A stretch of 64,000 bases of DNA from an uncultured Gammaproteobacteria bacterium (GTDB taxonomy: Bacteria > Patescibacteriota > Microgenomatia > Levybacterales > GWA1-39-11). The stretch lies in the NCBI GenBank assembly GCA_964511305.1, contig CAZEEU010000002.1, positions 17,608-81,607 on the forward strand. Direction: 5' to 3'. The position numbers and the translations under genes were made by a program. Under the pieces are notes generated by a model. It had not been told where the DNA came from. It did not search any database and worked only from the letters and a program-made list of their open reading frames with translations. Below are positions 1 through 9,692 of this stretch, piece by piece. Position 1 is the stretch's first letter. Every line of letters starts with the position of its first letter.

Positions 1-573
1 TATGTTTTTGGCGAATCCGAGTCTCCTCCTCTTTATATTTCGGATATCGCAAACATGTATGGAGTTTCAAGAGAATTAATAAAAATAGATGTAGACCAAA
101 CACTTACAGCTCTCCATGCCAATGCTCCATTGCATATTCAAGACAAATACAGTTTGGGAGAGCTGATTGGTACACCAGTTCCCAAGCTAGAAAGAAAGCC
201 GTATGTACCACCGTATCAAAGAGACCGCCTGGACCCAAAGGCCGATTTGGATAAAAGAGTTATTGATCAAACATTAACACGTGAAGAAGCTCAAGTAATC
301 ATTGCGGGGTCATCTGATGGAGAGCTACTTTCATACAGAAAAAGTGATATGTTCGTTGATTCAATACTTACAATCCAAAAAGAGGCTTGGGGGATTGCAA
401 ATAGAAGAATGAGCAAATATGCATTTGGTATTCTTGAAGGTGCTGGTTTGGTTGTCGCAGAAAGGGCTCATATTGTTCGTGGCAAACAAAAAGGAAGCCA
501 CAGATTTGTATGGAAAACAGACAAAGAGCTTGCGGTTAAAACCCTTATTAAGTTCGGCTACGATTCCGGATAA
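1..573 (+). CDS. hypothetical protein, possibly 5'-partial (first ATG at 55; same frame has no stop back to base 1). C-terminal region looks like a winged-helix DNA-binding fold.
   Basis: ORF 55..573 from the track. The in-frame codons 1..54 contain no stop, so the gene may begin upstream of the window. No recognisable catalytic motif. Confidence 0.35.
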   Translation, partial: YVFGESESPPLYISDIANMYGVSRELIKIDVDQTLTALHANAPLHIQDKYSLGELIGTPVPKLERKPYVPPYQRDRLDPKADLDKRVIDQTLTREEAQVIIAGSSDGELLSYRKSDMFVDSILTIQKEAWGIANRRMSKYAFGILEGAGLVVAERAHIVRGKQKGSHRFVWKTDKELAVKTLIKFGYDSG

Positions 574-715
574 AGATTCAAAAATTTTATTTTTCGATCT
601 TAGAAGCTGCGCTGCAAATCTATCCTAGATTTGAGCTACGCTATAGAAATTCAGAAGTTCTACTTTTATATTTGGGTCACCCCTCCCTACTAATCCTATG
701 GAGTTCGAGATCACG

Positions 716-2065
716 TTACATTCGTCCGATTTTTTTGGAGAATTCAATTATTCGGGGGTCTACCATCACGTCATTTGGATAAATCTTTTTAGTTACAACC
801 ATTCCCTCAAGGGTTCTACACCGACTCAAGGCAACATACGTTTGACCATGAGTAAAAGGAGACTTTGTAAAATCAATATTGGCTTTATTAAATGTCATAC
901 CCTGGCTTTTATGAATAGTTATAGCCCATGCAAGTTTTAGCGGATATTGCTTTAATGTACCTAGCACTACCGGAACAACGCTTTGAGCATCCTCATCATA
1001 TTCGTATTTGATATTTTCCCACTCTTCTATTGGAACTGTCACAATTTCATGAAATCCAGGGTCATCTAATCTTACTTTTATAGAATCTTTATCTAATGAC
1101 TCAACAAAACCTGAAGTCCCATTAACCCAACGACGAGCTTTATCGTTCTTTATGAAAATTACCCTCGCACCTTTCTTAAGTTTTAAATCTATTTCAATAG
1201 GCAGCGTTCTTTCCTCAGTCGGAAAATTTCCTTCGACCGTTGCGTTATATGTAAATAATGGACCATCAATTTTGTTAAGCTCTGAATCGTTGATGCCAGC
1301 AACTACACTATTAGTTGTTGCAAGAGTTATAAATTCTCGTCTCACTTTTTCGTAGTCCTTTACTACAACCCTATCATTTATAAGAGCCATGTCTTGCATT
1401 GATACGTCCCCAATTCTAATTTTGTTAAGAAGTGAAATATATTGCTCATCTTTTTGCCTAAAAATGTGTGTAAGCTCAATAACAGCAAATCCGGAATCCG
1501 AAAATGCATTTGCACTGAAAAAATATGGCGACTCAAAAAATTGGCTAAAAATATGTGCCTCTTCTCGAGCAACTATCGGAGGTAGCTGATACAGGTCCCC
1601 AACTACTATCATTTGTATTCCTCCAAATGGAAGATTTCTATCTTTACCGTTAATTCTTAAGAACCTATCTAGAGCATCAAAAAGATCAGCACGTACCATA
1701 GAAATTTCGTCAATAATAACTACGTCCAAGTCCTTATACACTCGAGAATTAGAATGCCTAAATTGCACGTGAGGATCTAAAAATCTCGGTGGAAGATGGA
1801 AAAAAGAATGAACTGTTTGGCCTTTTACATTAATTGCAGCAAGTCCGGTTGGCGCAAGAACAACAGTCTTTTTCTTTGTTGTATTTCTAAAGTATTCAAT
1901 AAGCGTTGATTTTCCAGTCCCAGCTTTTCCTGTAATAAAAAGATTGAGATGTGTATTTTCCATGCTCTCGATGCAGTCGAGAAATTCTTGACTCATCTCG
2001 AAGGATTCTTCATTCCCAGTAACTAAATCTTTTATTTTTTTAATAGTCGTTGTTATAGATGACAT
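716..2065 (-). CDS. PIF1/RecD-family ATP-dependent DNA helicase
   Basis: Walker A GKAGTGKST, Walker B VVIIDEISM, motif AITIHKSQG typical of the PIF1/RecD SF1B family. 449 aa. Confidence 0.8.
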   Translation of the reverse strand: MSSITTTIKKIKDLVTGNEESFEMSQEFLDCIESMENTHLNLFITGKAGTGKSTLIEYFRNTTKKKTVVLAPTGLAAINVKGQTVHSFFHLPPRFLDPHVQFRHSNSRVYKDLDVVIIDEISMVRADLFDALDRFLRINGKDRNLPFGGIQMIVVGDLYQLPPIVAREEAHIFSQFFESPYFFSANAFSDSGFAVIELTHIFRQKDEQYISLLNKIRIGDVSMQDMALINDRVVVKDYEKVRREFITLATTNSVVAGINDSELNKIDGPLFTYNATVEGNFPTEERTLPIEIDLKLKKGARVIFIKNDKARRWVNGTSGFVESLDKDSIKVRLDDPGFHEIVTVPIEEWENIKYEYDEDAQSVVPVVLGTLKQYPLKLAWAITIHKSQGMTFNKANIDFTKSPFTHGQTYVALSRCRTLEGMVVTKKIYPNDVMVDPRIIEFSKKIGRM

Positions 2066-2175
2066 TTATAGAACAATCAGTATATCACTGCTTTAAGATG
2101 GGCTGCTATAATGTCATAACAATACAAATTCCACTCATCCCCTACTTTAAAACTTCCCGCTACAGAGTCGCTGCC

Positions 2176-2568
2176 ATGGTTGAGCTTTCAGAAATTAAAG
2201 AAGGTGAACGAGTTGCAGATCTTGGATCAGGGGACGGTCGTATTTCAATTGCTTTCGGCAAAAAAGGAGCAATAGTTACAGGATACGAATTAGACGATAG
2301 ACTCATAGATGAATCACAAAAAGAAATCCAAAATCAAAAACTAGAAAAAAATGTAATTATTAAAAAGGAAGATTTTTGGAATACAGACCTTTCTTCATAT
2401 GACGTAATTGTTATCTATCCTATGCCAGACATAATGGCACCTCTTGAAGAAAAGCTTATGAAAGAATTACGCAGAGGAACACGCGTTCTTTCAAATTTTT
2501 ATACTTTTCCTAATTGGAAATACACGGAATGCAAAGATAAGATTTATTTATACGAGTATAATGAATAA
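2176..2568 (+). CDS. class I SAM-dependent methyltransferase (small)
   Basis: Motif VADLGSGDGR (SAM-binding motif I) followed by an acidic loop YELDD. Start moved to the internal ATG at 2176 (MVELSE...), because the annotated 5' extension overlaps the divergent helicase start. Confidence 0.55.
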   Translation: MVELSEIKEGERVADLGSGDGRISIAFGKKGAIVTGYELDDRLIDESQKEIQNQKLEKNVIIKKEDFWNTDLSSYDVIVIYPMPDIMAPLEEKLMKELRRGTRVLSNFYTFPNWKYTECKDKIYLYEYNE

Positions 2569-3688
2569 AGTGTTCATACCTCACAAAATTCCTCGCTTCA
2601 TGCTCATTGGGCTTTCAGACCCTCGGGCTCCCAAGGAAGAAATGTATTCAGATTTTGAAGAGGTAGAAAGTCTAGTTACAACTTTTGGAGGAACTGTGGA
2701 GGCAGCACTAGTCCAGAACCAAACAAGAGGAGCCTCTGGCACATTTATTGGCCATGGGAAAGTAACGGAGGCACTTGAAGTTATTAAGGAAAATGAAATC
2801 GACGTTGTTGTTATTAATGTTGCCATCAAACCAGGACAAATCCATGAACTTCTCCTTGCATTCCAAAAGGCTAATCCAAATATTGTTGTCTGGGACAGAG
2901 TAAGTCTTATTCTTGAAATATTTTCAAAAAATGCCTCCACTATGGAAGCCAAACTGCAAATAAAATTTGCAAAGCTAAGACAGATGGGACCAAGGATTTA
3001 TGGAATGGGAATGGAACTTTCAAATCAGGCAGCCGGTATTGGCGCAAAAGGAGCTGGCGAGACTAATACAGAGCTTATGCTTAGGCACTGGAAAAATGAA
3101 AAACATAAAATCCAAGAAGAATTAGCAATCCTTTCAAAACAAAAACTAGGACAAATCGATCACCGAAGAAAATTAGGAGCTCCTACAATTTCACTAGTAG
3201 GATATACCAATGCAGGAAAGACAACGTTATTTAATCGACTATCTGGACAGAATGATCTTGTAAAAGACGCGCTCTTTGCAACACTAGATAGTACTGTTAA
3301 TAAGTTTTATTTAAAAAACGCAAAGCGTGAAGTATACATTTCAGATACGATCGGCTTTATTAAGAATTTACCTCCTGAGTTAATTGATGCATTTAAATCT
3401 ACCCTCCTTGAGACAATTCACGCAGACGTAGTTCTTCATGTAATTGATTGTAGCGATCCGCAAATGGAATCAAAAATTATCACAGTTGAGGAAATCTTTG
3501 GTGATCTGAAGATTAAAAGAGAAAGTGTTATGTATGTTTTTAACAAAGTAGAAGATCTAAAGTCCGACAAAGAGATGATTATTGAACAATACAAAGAGTT
3601 CTCCCCTACTTTTATCAGTGCAAAAAAAGGAGATGGCATAGATGATCTTTTGGAGGCAATTACAAAACGCCTGCCCAATTTATCCTAG
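2561..3688 (+). CDS. hflX: GTPase HflX
   Basis: HflX N-terminal domain followed by G-domain motifs G1 GYTNAGKTTLFN and G3 DTIGF. 375 aa. Confidence 0.85.
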   Translation: MNKVFIPHKIPRFMLIGLSDPRAPKEEMYSDFEEVESLVTTFGGTVEAALVQNQTRGASGTFIGHGKVTEALEVIKENEIDVVVINVAIKPGQIHELLLAFQKANPNIVVWDRVSLILEIFSKNASTMEAKLQIKFAKLRQMGPRIYGMGMELSNQAAGIGAKGAGETNTELMLRHWKNEKHKIQEELAILSKQKLGQIDHRRKLGAPTISLVGYTNAGKTTLFNRLSGQNDLVKDALFATLDSTVNKFYLKNAKREVYISDTIGFIKNLPPELIDAFKSTLLETIHADVVLHVIDCSDPQMESKIITVEEIFGDLKIKRESVMYVFNKVEDLKSDKEMIIEQYKEFSPTFISAKKGDGIDDLLEAITKRLPNLS

Positions 3689-3699
3689 AGTCTGCTATA

Positions 3700-4323
3700 A
3701 TGAGCTTCATGGGAAATTACGGACGAGACAATAACTCAAGAGGACGCAGCTACAACGATAGAGGCGGAGCAGGTTTTGGAGATCGCGAGATGTTCAAGGC
3801 AACTTGTGCAGACTGTGGAAAGGCATGCGAAATTCCATTTAAACCATCGAATGGTAGACCCGTATATTGCAGAGATTGTTTCAAAAAACATGCTCCTCAA
3901 GACGCTAGAGGAGGAGAAAGAAGTAATTTCTCAAGAGATCGTAATGATAGAGGAGGAAGAAATACTCAAGATAGACCCATGTTTGATGCCGTTTGTGATA
4001 ACTGCGGAAATAACTGTCGAGTACCATTCGCTCCTCGAGAAGGCAAAGAAACGCTTTGTAGTAACTGCTTTGAGGCAAAAGGCGGAGATCCAAGAAGCAC
4101 AAGCAATCAAAGCTCTCAAGCTCTAAATGATATAAATGCAAAACTAGATAAAATTTTAGAGCTACTCTCTCCTACTCCAAAACAATCAAAGAAAGAAACG
4201 AAAGCAGAAGTTCTCGTTGAAGAAAATATAGTCGAAGAAGTACCTACTGAAGAGGTAGAACAGGCTGAGGAAATCGAAGTTAAAAAGCCAAAAACAAAAA
4301 AGAAAGCCGCAAAGTCAGAGTAA
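3700..4323 (+). CDS. tandem CxxC zinc-ribbon protein with acidic/lysine-rich C-terminal tail
   Basis: Two ~45-aa repeats of F(K/D)AxCxxCGxxCxxPFxP..G....C..CF. The C-terminus is a low-complexity E/K tail. Confidence 0.55.
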   Translation: MSFMGNYGRDNNSRGRSYNDRGGAGFGDREMFKATCADCGKACEIPFKPSNGRPVYCRDCFKKHAPQDARGGERSNFSRDRNDRGGRNTQDRPMFDAVCDNCGNNCRVPFAPREGKETLCSNCFEAKGGDPRSTSNQSSQALNDINAKLDKILELLSPTPKQSKKETKAEVLVEENIVEEVPTEEVEQAEEIEVKKPKTKKKAAKSE

Positions 4324-4331
4324 TTTTAGCC

Positions 4332-4919
4332 TTAGCAGCTCCCACCGGGAATATTCACCGTAATTCTTTCAAATCCAAAAGAAGACAGTATTGATGTAAT
4401 CTGCTTCCTGCCATTCTCACTAGTAGTTGTAAGTATCCCACCAGCACACGCAGCGCCTCTTATAGCATTTACAGCCTCCACTCTTGCGTCGCTTTCCAAA
4501 TTATTATCCGAACCCACTAATAACCCTTGCTGTCTATCATAGACTCTGGTTTCGGACTCATTAAGACTTGTTGATAATATTGTCGGAGGTGGGAAATTTA
4601 TAGTAATTGATTTACCTTCAATCTTTACACTATCTTCAGTTAGACTTGCAAAATCAAATCCTCCTACAACTTCACCATGTGCGATCAAAAGTATCCTATT
4701 TCCAAAAAGAACTCTTTGAAAAACATTTCCACTCTCCCCTCTATCAATTATCTTTTCGATAGAATATGAAGCCGTTTCCCATCTATTCAAATTTCGTATT
4801 TTTTCAATAACGGCGTGGTCATTGTACTTTTGCTTGAACGCTGATGAGAAAAAGAATCCTAGAACCACTATTGCAAGGATCGGGAAAAGAATAATGAGGG
4901 CAATTTTTAATCTATTCAT
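4332..4919 (-). CDS. DUF4230-like membrane-anchored protein
   Basis: N-terminal TM helix followed by a ~170-aa domain whose pattern resembles the DUF4230 family. Confidence 0.45.
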   Translation of the reverse strand: MNRLKIALIILFPILAIVVLGFFFSSAFKQKYNDHAVIEKIRNLNRWETASYSIEKIIDRGESGNVFQRVLFGNRILLIAHGEVVGGFDFASLTEDSVKIEGKSITINFPPPTILSTSLNESETRVYDRQQGLLVGSDNNLESDARVEAVNAIRGAACAGGILTTTSENGRKQITSILSSFGFERITVNIPGGSC

Positions 4920-4938
4920 ATATATAGTGTAGCAGAAT

Positions 4939-5415
4939 TTAAATCGCTAAAAGATACCCGCTAACCAATGGACGAAGAATAGCTTTAGACTTCTCGTACT
5001 TACCCCACCGCACTACATCTCGCTCGGTCGGTTCACCATTAATTCTTCGCCTGTCTGTATTATGCGTGAGATCAGCAAATTTCATATCAATTGCTAGTTG
5101 ATTACCTGAATCGGCAATTTTGTGGATTTTTTTGAAATACGCTTCGTGTGTTCCATCAAAATCTGGGTCATGAGTAACTAATCTTAGCGCATCTATAACA
5201 TGAGGAGGACAACCCATATCCAGAAGCTCTTCAAAGGTAATAGGAGAATCTTCTACAACATCGTGTATTATTGCCAAAAGCTTTGCATCATGCCCTTCTA
5301 CCAATTCCATAACACCCATTGGGTGATTTATGTAGTCGACTCCAGCTTTATCTACCTGCCCTTCGTGGGCTTCAAAGGCAACAGCAGTTGCGAGTTCAAG
5401 GGAAAACTCAACCAT
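4939..5415 (-). CDS. HD-domain protein, small (p)ppGpp hydrolase (SpoT/Mesh1-like)
   Basis: HD motif AIIHDVVED preceded by HEGQ..K.G..YI.HP, as in the RelA/SpoT hydrolase domain. Start placed at the internal Met (MVEFSLELA) where the homology begins. Confidence 0.6.
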   Translation of the reverse strand: MVEFSLELATAVAFEAHEGQVDKAGVDYINHPMGVMELVEGHDAKLLAIIHDVVEDSPITFEELLDMGCPPHVIDALRLVTHDPDFDGTHEAYFKKIHKIADSGNQLAIDMKFADLTHNTDRRRINGEPTERDVVRWGKYEKSKAILRPLVSGYLLAI

Positions 5416-5480
5416 TCTTATTGTAAAAATAATATCACATAAAATTGACATTGTAAGGACTTTGCATCTACGATGAATGC

Positions 5481-5927
5481 ATGGGTATTCTTGATAAATT
5501 AATGATCTTTGCAGCAGGTAAGGACGCTGAAGGAAAAATTCCTGTTCAGGCAACTACAAATCTTCCGAAGATAATGATTGTTGAGGCTGATCCAGCACTA
5601 AAAGCTCAATATATTCTGCTTTTACCAGCGGATAAATATTCAGTAAGCTCCTCAGTAAATGGTGCTGAGGCACTTAATATGTTACTTACCTTTCAGCCTT
5701 CCATCATACTTATCGATCTTAATCTTCCGGTCATGGACGGTAAAGAGCTTCTTCACCATATTCGTGCGATTCCTGAGTACAAAGTTACGCCTGTACTAGT
5801 AGTTTCTGATAAAGGAGATATAGACACAATTAGACAGGTTAAGCTTTATGATGGAGCAAAGGGATTTTTAATCAAAGAAAATGTTACACCAGAACAGACA
5901 ATAGCAACACTTCTTGATCTAATGTAG
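5481..5927 (+). CDS. receiver-only (CheY-like) response regulator
   Basis: Receiver fold with phospho-acceptor Asp in ILIDLNLPVMDGKEL and conserved Lys in GFLIKENVTP. No output domain. Confidence 0.7.
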   Translation: MGILDKLMIFAAGKDAEGKIPVQATTNLPKIMIVEADPALKAQYILLLPADKYSVSSSVNGAEALNMLLTFQPSIILIDLNLPVMDGKELLHHIRAIPEYKVTPVLVVSDKGDIDTIRQVKLYDGAKGFLIKENVTPEQTIATLLDLM

Positions 5928-5928
5928 T

Positions 5929-6693
5929 CTACTTTATAGGAATATTTATGAAAGGTGTACCGCTTGTAGCATTTGGCAATTTTCCATCCCATTTCTGAAC
6001 AGCTAAAAATTGTAAATATTCAGCAGTAAGACTCCCACTATCCCTTAATATCTTTTGTGCATCAGCCTGCCCTTGGGCCTGAGTTGTTGCTGTTGTTGCC
6101 TCAATTCTTGCTTTCTCATAATTTTGTTGCGCGACTTGTTTTTGTTCAATCGACTGATTGAAGTCTTGCGAAAAATCGAAGTTAACAATATTAAAATCAT
6201 CAACTATTACATTAAAGACATTAAGTCTTTCCTTTAGATGAGATAGTGCTTCCTGCTTAACCGCTTCTCTTTTAGTTATTAGCTCTGTTGCCGTAAATTT
6301 GGCAGTCGTTGCTTTAAATGCCTCTTGGATTGCAGGATCGATGATTCTTTCCTTATATAACGAGCCAATATTCTGGTAAACAACCACTGCCTTTTCTGCT
6401 CTTAAATGAAAATTAAGCGCAATCGTACTTTGCACTTCTTGCAAATCCTTTGAGGCTGCCCTAGCATCTACTTGCTCTTTTTGTGTTCTAGTCTCCATCA
6501 AAGTCACTCCTTCAATAAAAGGAACTTTGAAATTAAGTCCTGGGTTGACTACTCTATTCACTGCGCCAAATCGAGTAATAACCCCTACACTTCCTGCCTC
6601 AACAACAGCAAAGGATGAAGCAAACATAGCAATAAAAATAATAACTACTACACCAACTCCTATTATTTTCGGAAGATTTGCCTGAATATTCAT
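5929..6693 (-). CDS. SPFH/band-7 (prohibitin/HflC-like) membrane protein
   Basis: N-terminal TM helix, SPFH core (GxVGVITRFGAV...NPGLNFKVPFIE), C-terminal coiled-coil region rich in Q/A. Confidence 0.75.
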   Translation of the reverse strand: MNIQANLPKIIGVGVVVIIFIAMFASSFAVVEAGSVGVITRFGAVNRVVNPGLNFKVPFIEGVTLMETRTQKEQVDARAASKDLQEVQSTIALNFHLRAEKAVVVYQNIGSLYKERIIDPAIQEAFKATTAKFTATELITKREAVKQEALSHLKERLNVFNVIVDDFNIVNFDFSQDFNQSIEQKQVAQQNYEKARIEATTATTQAQGQADAQKILRDSGSLTAEYLQFLAVQKWDGKLPNATSGTPFINIPIK

Positions 6694-6780
6694 TTGACTT
6701 GAATGATAACACTAAGCAACATTAATTTCTACTCAATCTTATTCATATCACTCACACTTTCGACATGATATTATAAATTT

Positions 6781-7551
6781 ATGCAGTATAAGGCTTTGAT
6801 GCTTGACGTAGATGGCACGCTTATTCCCTATGAATATGGTGCCCTTCCCACTAAAAGGGTCAGGGAGGCAATTAAAAAAGCAAAAGAAAAAGTTGCAGTT
6901 TGCATAGTTACTGGGAGATCATACAAATCAACAAAAGGAATTCTTAATAGTCTTAATTTAAAAGATGGCATCGCCGTAGTTGATGGCGGTGCAATCGTAA
7001 TTGATATCGGAACAGAGAAAATTCTGTCGTCTAACTTTATTTCTGAAGAAGATGTAGAGTTAGTACTTTCTGTATTTGAAAAGGAAAGCGCTCATTTATT
7101 TATTAAAGATGCAAAAAGCCGTCTAGATATTAGAGATCATTATGACCCGTACGTACAGGGTCAAAAATTCGAACTTGTAAGCCAATTTTTTACAGACGAA
7201 GTTTTTACCCTTGAAGCAACACATGGAATTTTAAAGAAACTTTCCTCCCCTACCCTCACCACATTTAGGTCAAAACACAAAGATCCCAATTTATATGGCT
7301 TAAATATTGCAAATATCCATGCGTCAAAACTTCATGGTGTACTTTTTGTGAGTCAAAAACTTGGAATTAATAGGTCAGAGATGATTGGGGTTGGGGATGG
7401 ATACAATGATTTTCCGCTTCTTGAGGCTTGTGGATTAAAAGTCGCAATGGGAAATGCACTTGAGGATCTAAAAGGAATTGCTGATTACATCGCACCCTCT
7501 GTTGATGAAGATGGAGTTGCTAATGTTATTGAAAAATTTATTCTTATATGA
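6781..7551 (+). CDS. Cof-type HAD-IIB phosphatase
   Basis: HAD motif I LMLDVDGTL and motif IV GVGDGYNDFPLLEACGLKVAMGNA. Confidence 0.75.
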   Translation: MQYKALMLDVDGTLIPYEYGALPTKRVREAIKKAKEKVAVCIVTGRSYKSTKGILNSLNLKDGIAVVDGGAIVIDIGTEKILSSNFISEEDVELVLSVFEKESAHLFIKDAKSRLDIRDHYDPYVQGQKFELVSQFFTDEVFTLEATHGILKKLSSPTLTTFRSKHKDPNLYGLNIANIHASKLHGVLFVSQKLGINRSEMIGVGDGYNDFPLLEACGLKVAMGNALEDLKGIADYIAPSVDEDGVANVIEKFILI

Positions 7552-7994
7552 AAAAACTTTTGGTCATTTTTATTGCTGCACTTTTCTTCTTTCTACCTAA
7601 ATTATCATTTGCAGCAGACATTTCAACTACAGACAAGCTCATTACTGTTGATCTAGGCAAGCAAAAGCTTTATGCATGGGAAGGTGGAAGAATACAGAAG
7701 GAATTTAGCGTCTCAACAGGAATGCGCTACACGCCAACGGTTAGGGGGAGTTTTAAGATTTATATCAAAAATGAAAAGCAAAATATGAAAGGAAGCTACC
7801 CTCCCTATGAACCTTATTTTCTAAAAAACGTTCCATATGTCATGTTCTTCAAAGGCTCCTACGCAATTCATGGCACTTATTGGCACAATAAATTTGGCTC
7901 CCGCGCATCTCACGGATGCGTTAACTTACGTGTTGAAGATGCTCAATGGGTCTATGAATGGGCCCCTATGGGAACCCGAGTTGAAGTCTTCTAG
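7548..7994 (+). CDS. L,D-transpeptidase (YkuD domain), secreted
   Basis: Signal peptide. Catalytic motif HGTYWHNKFGSRASHGCVNL with the conserved His and Cys. Confidence 0.75.
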   Translation: MKKLLVIFIAALFFFLPKLSFAADISTTDKLITVDLGKQKLYAWEGGRIQKEFSVSTGMRYTPTVRGSFKIYIKNEKQNMKGSYPPYEPYFLKNVPYVMFFKGSYAIHGTYWHNKFGSRASHGCVNLRVEDAQWVYEWAPMGTRVEVF

Positions 7995-8031
7995 TATTTT
8001 TCTATCTTATAATCTGTTAAAATGTCGGCCT

Positions 8032-8640
8032 ATGGAAAATGGTCAGAGGCCGCGTCTTGCGGAAATACCAAATGTTAGTATTCATGTATCTGAGAATCCC
8101 CATACACTCCCCTTGGTTAGAAAAACGTTAGGATTTATCGGGAAAACTTCTAGAATGATAGGGGAAGATTTTGTAGCAAGCTATTCTACTAATCGGGCGC
8201 AAGCAATTGGAAACCCCCATCCATCAAGTCTAGATTTCTTGATAAAAAGAAATCTCCATTTACCTCAATTTGGGGTTTTTGATGCATTAACAGCGGGTGT
8301 CTTTCTAAATGCTGCAGGCTTAGACCATCAGATTGAACCCGATAATCTTTTGTTGGTATTTCAATTCCCTCAATTAACTGCCCGCTGGAATAGACGTAAA
8401 TATGAAGAAGAAAAACCTGAAAATTCTGTTATTAATTGGGGGAAATTTAGCTACCCCTTTAAGAGAGTTGTTTGGAATAATGTAAAGCTTTATTCAGAAA
8501 AAAGTCAGGAACTCACTTTTGATAGAATAAATGGCGAAGGAGAACATGACAGTAGCCTGTATCATTATGTCTGGGAAGTTGCATTACCTGAAGAAAAAAA
8601 AGAATATTTAAGAAGAAGTGGATTTAACCCCTCAAAATAA
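8032..8640 (+). CDS. hypothetical protein
   Basis: ORF 7837..8640 trimmed to the internal ATG at 8032 (MENGQ...), to avoid a 160-nt out-of-frame overlap with the L,D-transpeptidase. No recognisable motif. Confidence 0.35.
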   Translation: MENGQRPRLAEIPNVSIHVSENPHTLPLVRKTLGFIGKTSRMIGEDFVASYSTNRAQAIGNPHPSSLDFLIKRNLHLPQFGVFDALTAGVFLNAAGLDHQIEPDNLLLVFQFPQLTARWNRRKYEEEKPENSVINWGKFSYPFKRVVWNNVKLYSEKSQELTFDRINGEGEHDSSLYHYVWEVALPEEKKEYLRRSGFNPSK

Positions 8641-8662
8641 TTTCCGTTAATTGTTAAGTGGT

Positions 8663-8696
8663 CCGGCACCCGCAGCTAAAAAGCCACGGGTGCCGG
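8663..8696. terminator. GC-rich hairpin between convergent genes (possible bidirectional terminator)
   Basis: Perfect 10-bp inverted repeat CCGGCACCCG (8663-8672) / CGGGTGCCGG (8687-8696) with a 14-nt A-rich loop. Sits between the stop at 8640 (+) and the stop at 8718 (-). Confidence 0.5.
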
Positions 8697-8717
8697 AAAG
8701 ATCTGCTGGGATGAGCG

Positions 8718-9692
8718 CTAACTCTTGCTCGCCTTCTTGTGGCCGAGCGCAAGTACGTAAGCGCCGATGATGGCACCAAACACCATGAAGGTCAATGCCC
8801 ATGCCTGTGTTTGGCTGACAAGCATGCCTGTCCCCGAACTTGGCGGGGCTGGCGGTTTCGACGGCGTTATTGCCGTCGGTGTCCGCGTAGGCGTAGACTG
8901 CACCTCGGTTGGCGGTGCAGTCGGAGCCAAGGTCGGCGCGACAGTAGGCGAAGCTGTCGGTGGTACCTGCGTACCAGTCGGCGTTGCCGAAGGAGTCGTC
9001 GTCGGTGACAAAGTCCCCGTCGGCGTAGCCGTCGGGGTCTTGGTTTTGGTCGGTGTAGGCGTTGGCTCGACCGTGGTCGGTATAGCCGTCGGCGACGGCG
9101 TCAGGACAATGGTCGGTGTTGGTGGAGGAACCGTTGGGGTGGGCGTTGGCGGCCTACAATTGGGGTTGGGGCGATTAAGCCCCTCACCACCTGCACCATC
9201 CTCGTGGTGTTTGGCCAGCTCTTCCAATCCATACTGGCCTCCGGGTCCGCTCGTCAGGATGCTTCTCGGCGAACTGCCGATATAGACATCGAACTGAACG
9301 AAGCAGACATCGTCGGGTACGGACAGGTAGACTTTGACCGTCTGGCCAGCCTTGATCGTAACAGGCCCGTTCTGGCCAGCGATGTGCTGGTCACACACTT
9401 GGACGCTTGCGCATCCGTGTGTATTGAAGGCCTGAAACGTAGCGTTGTCGCACGTTACCGTACTGTTGTTCGTGACGGCTGCTCCTCCGAACCCGATGGG
9501 CGCCCATGTGAAATTGGCACCCACGCATTCGGAGGGACTTGCACTTACCGTGCGAGGCTGCGGCACCACTGCCACCAATCCCGCGATGAACGCGGCGACC
9601 AGTGGGATCAGTAGTAGCCAAGAACGACCTGCGGGTTTTCTCAAAACCCAACCTCCTTGTCTCACCTTTCCGGCGAGGGCAAACGCAGGCAA
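8718..9692 (-). CDS. secreted/membrane-anchored protein with Cys-containing domain, long Pro/Thr linker and C-terminal TM helix, encoded in a high-GC island
   Basis: N-terminal hydrophobic helix, ~120-aa Cys-containing domain, ~110-aa (PT)n linker, C-terminal TM plus basic tail. The DNA is ~60-65% GC versus a mid-30s% background. Confidence 0.6.
   Translation of the reverse strand: MPAFALAGKVRQGGWVLRKPAGRSWLLLIPLVAAFIAGLVAVVPQPRTVSASPSECVGANFTWAPIGFGGAAVTNNSTVTCDNATFQAFNTHGCASVQVCDQHIAGQNGPVTIKAGQTVKVYLSVPDDVCFVQFDVYIGSSPRSILTSGPGGQYGLEELAKHHEDGAGGEGLNRPNPNCRPPTPTPTVPPPTPTIVLTPSPTAIPTTVEPTPTPTKTKTPTATPTGTLSPTTTPSATPTGTQVPPTASPTVAPTLAPTAPPTEVQSTPTRTPTAITPSKPPAPPSSGTGMLVSQTQAWALTFMVFGAIIGAYVLALGHKKASKS

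Noticed and set aside
2581-2952. ORF antisense to hflX (and similar antisense ORFs 3436..3678, 47312..47824 inside rpsB, 16458..16799, 18667..18948, 19627..20103).
   Set aside because: They are fully contained in well-supported conserved genes on the opposite strand and have low-complexity, motif-less translations.
3776-4141. Alternate-frame ORFs 3776..4126 (+), 3905..4141 (-), 3931..4119 (-) overlapping the zinc-ribbon gene.
   Set aside because: The 3700..4323 frame shows a clean duplicated CxxC ribbon architecture. The alternates have no internal consistency.
7837-8031. 5' part of ORF 7837..8640 overlapping the L,D-transpeptidase.
   Set aside because: It overlaps the conserved YkuD catalytic region out of frame. 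The internal ATG at 8032 gives a non-overlapping gene.
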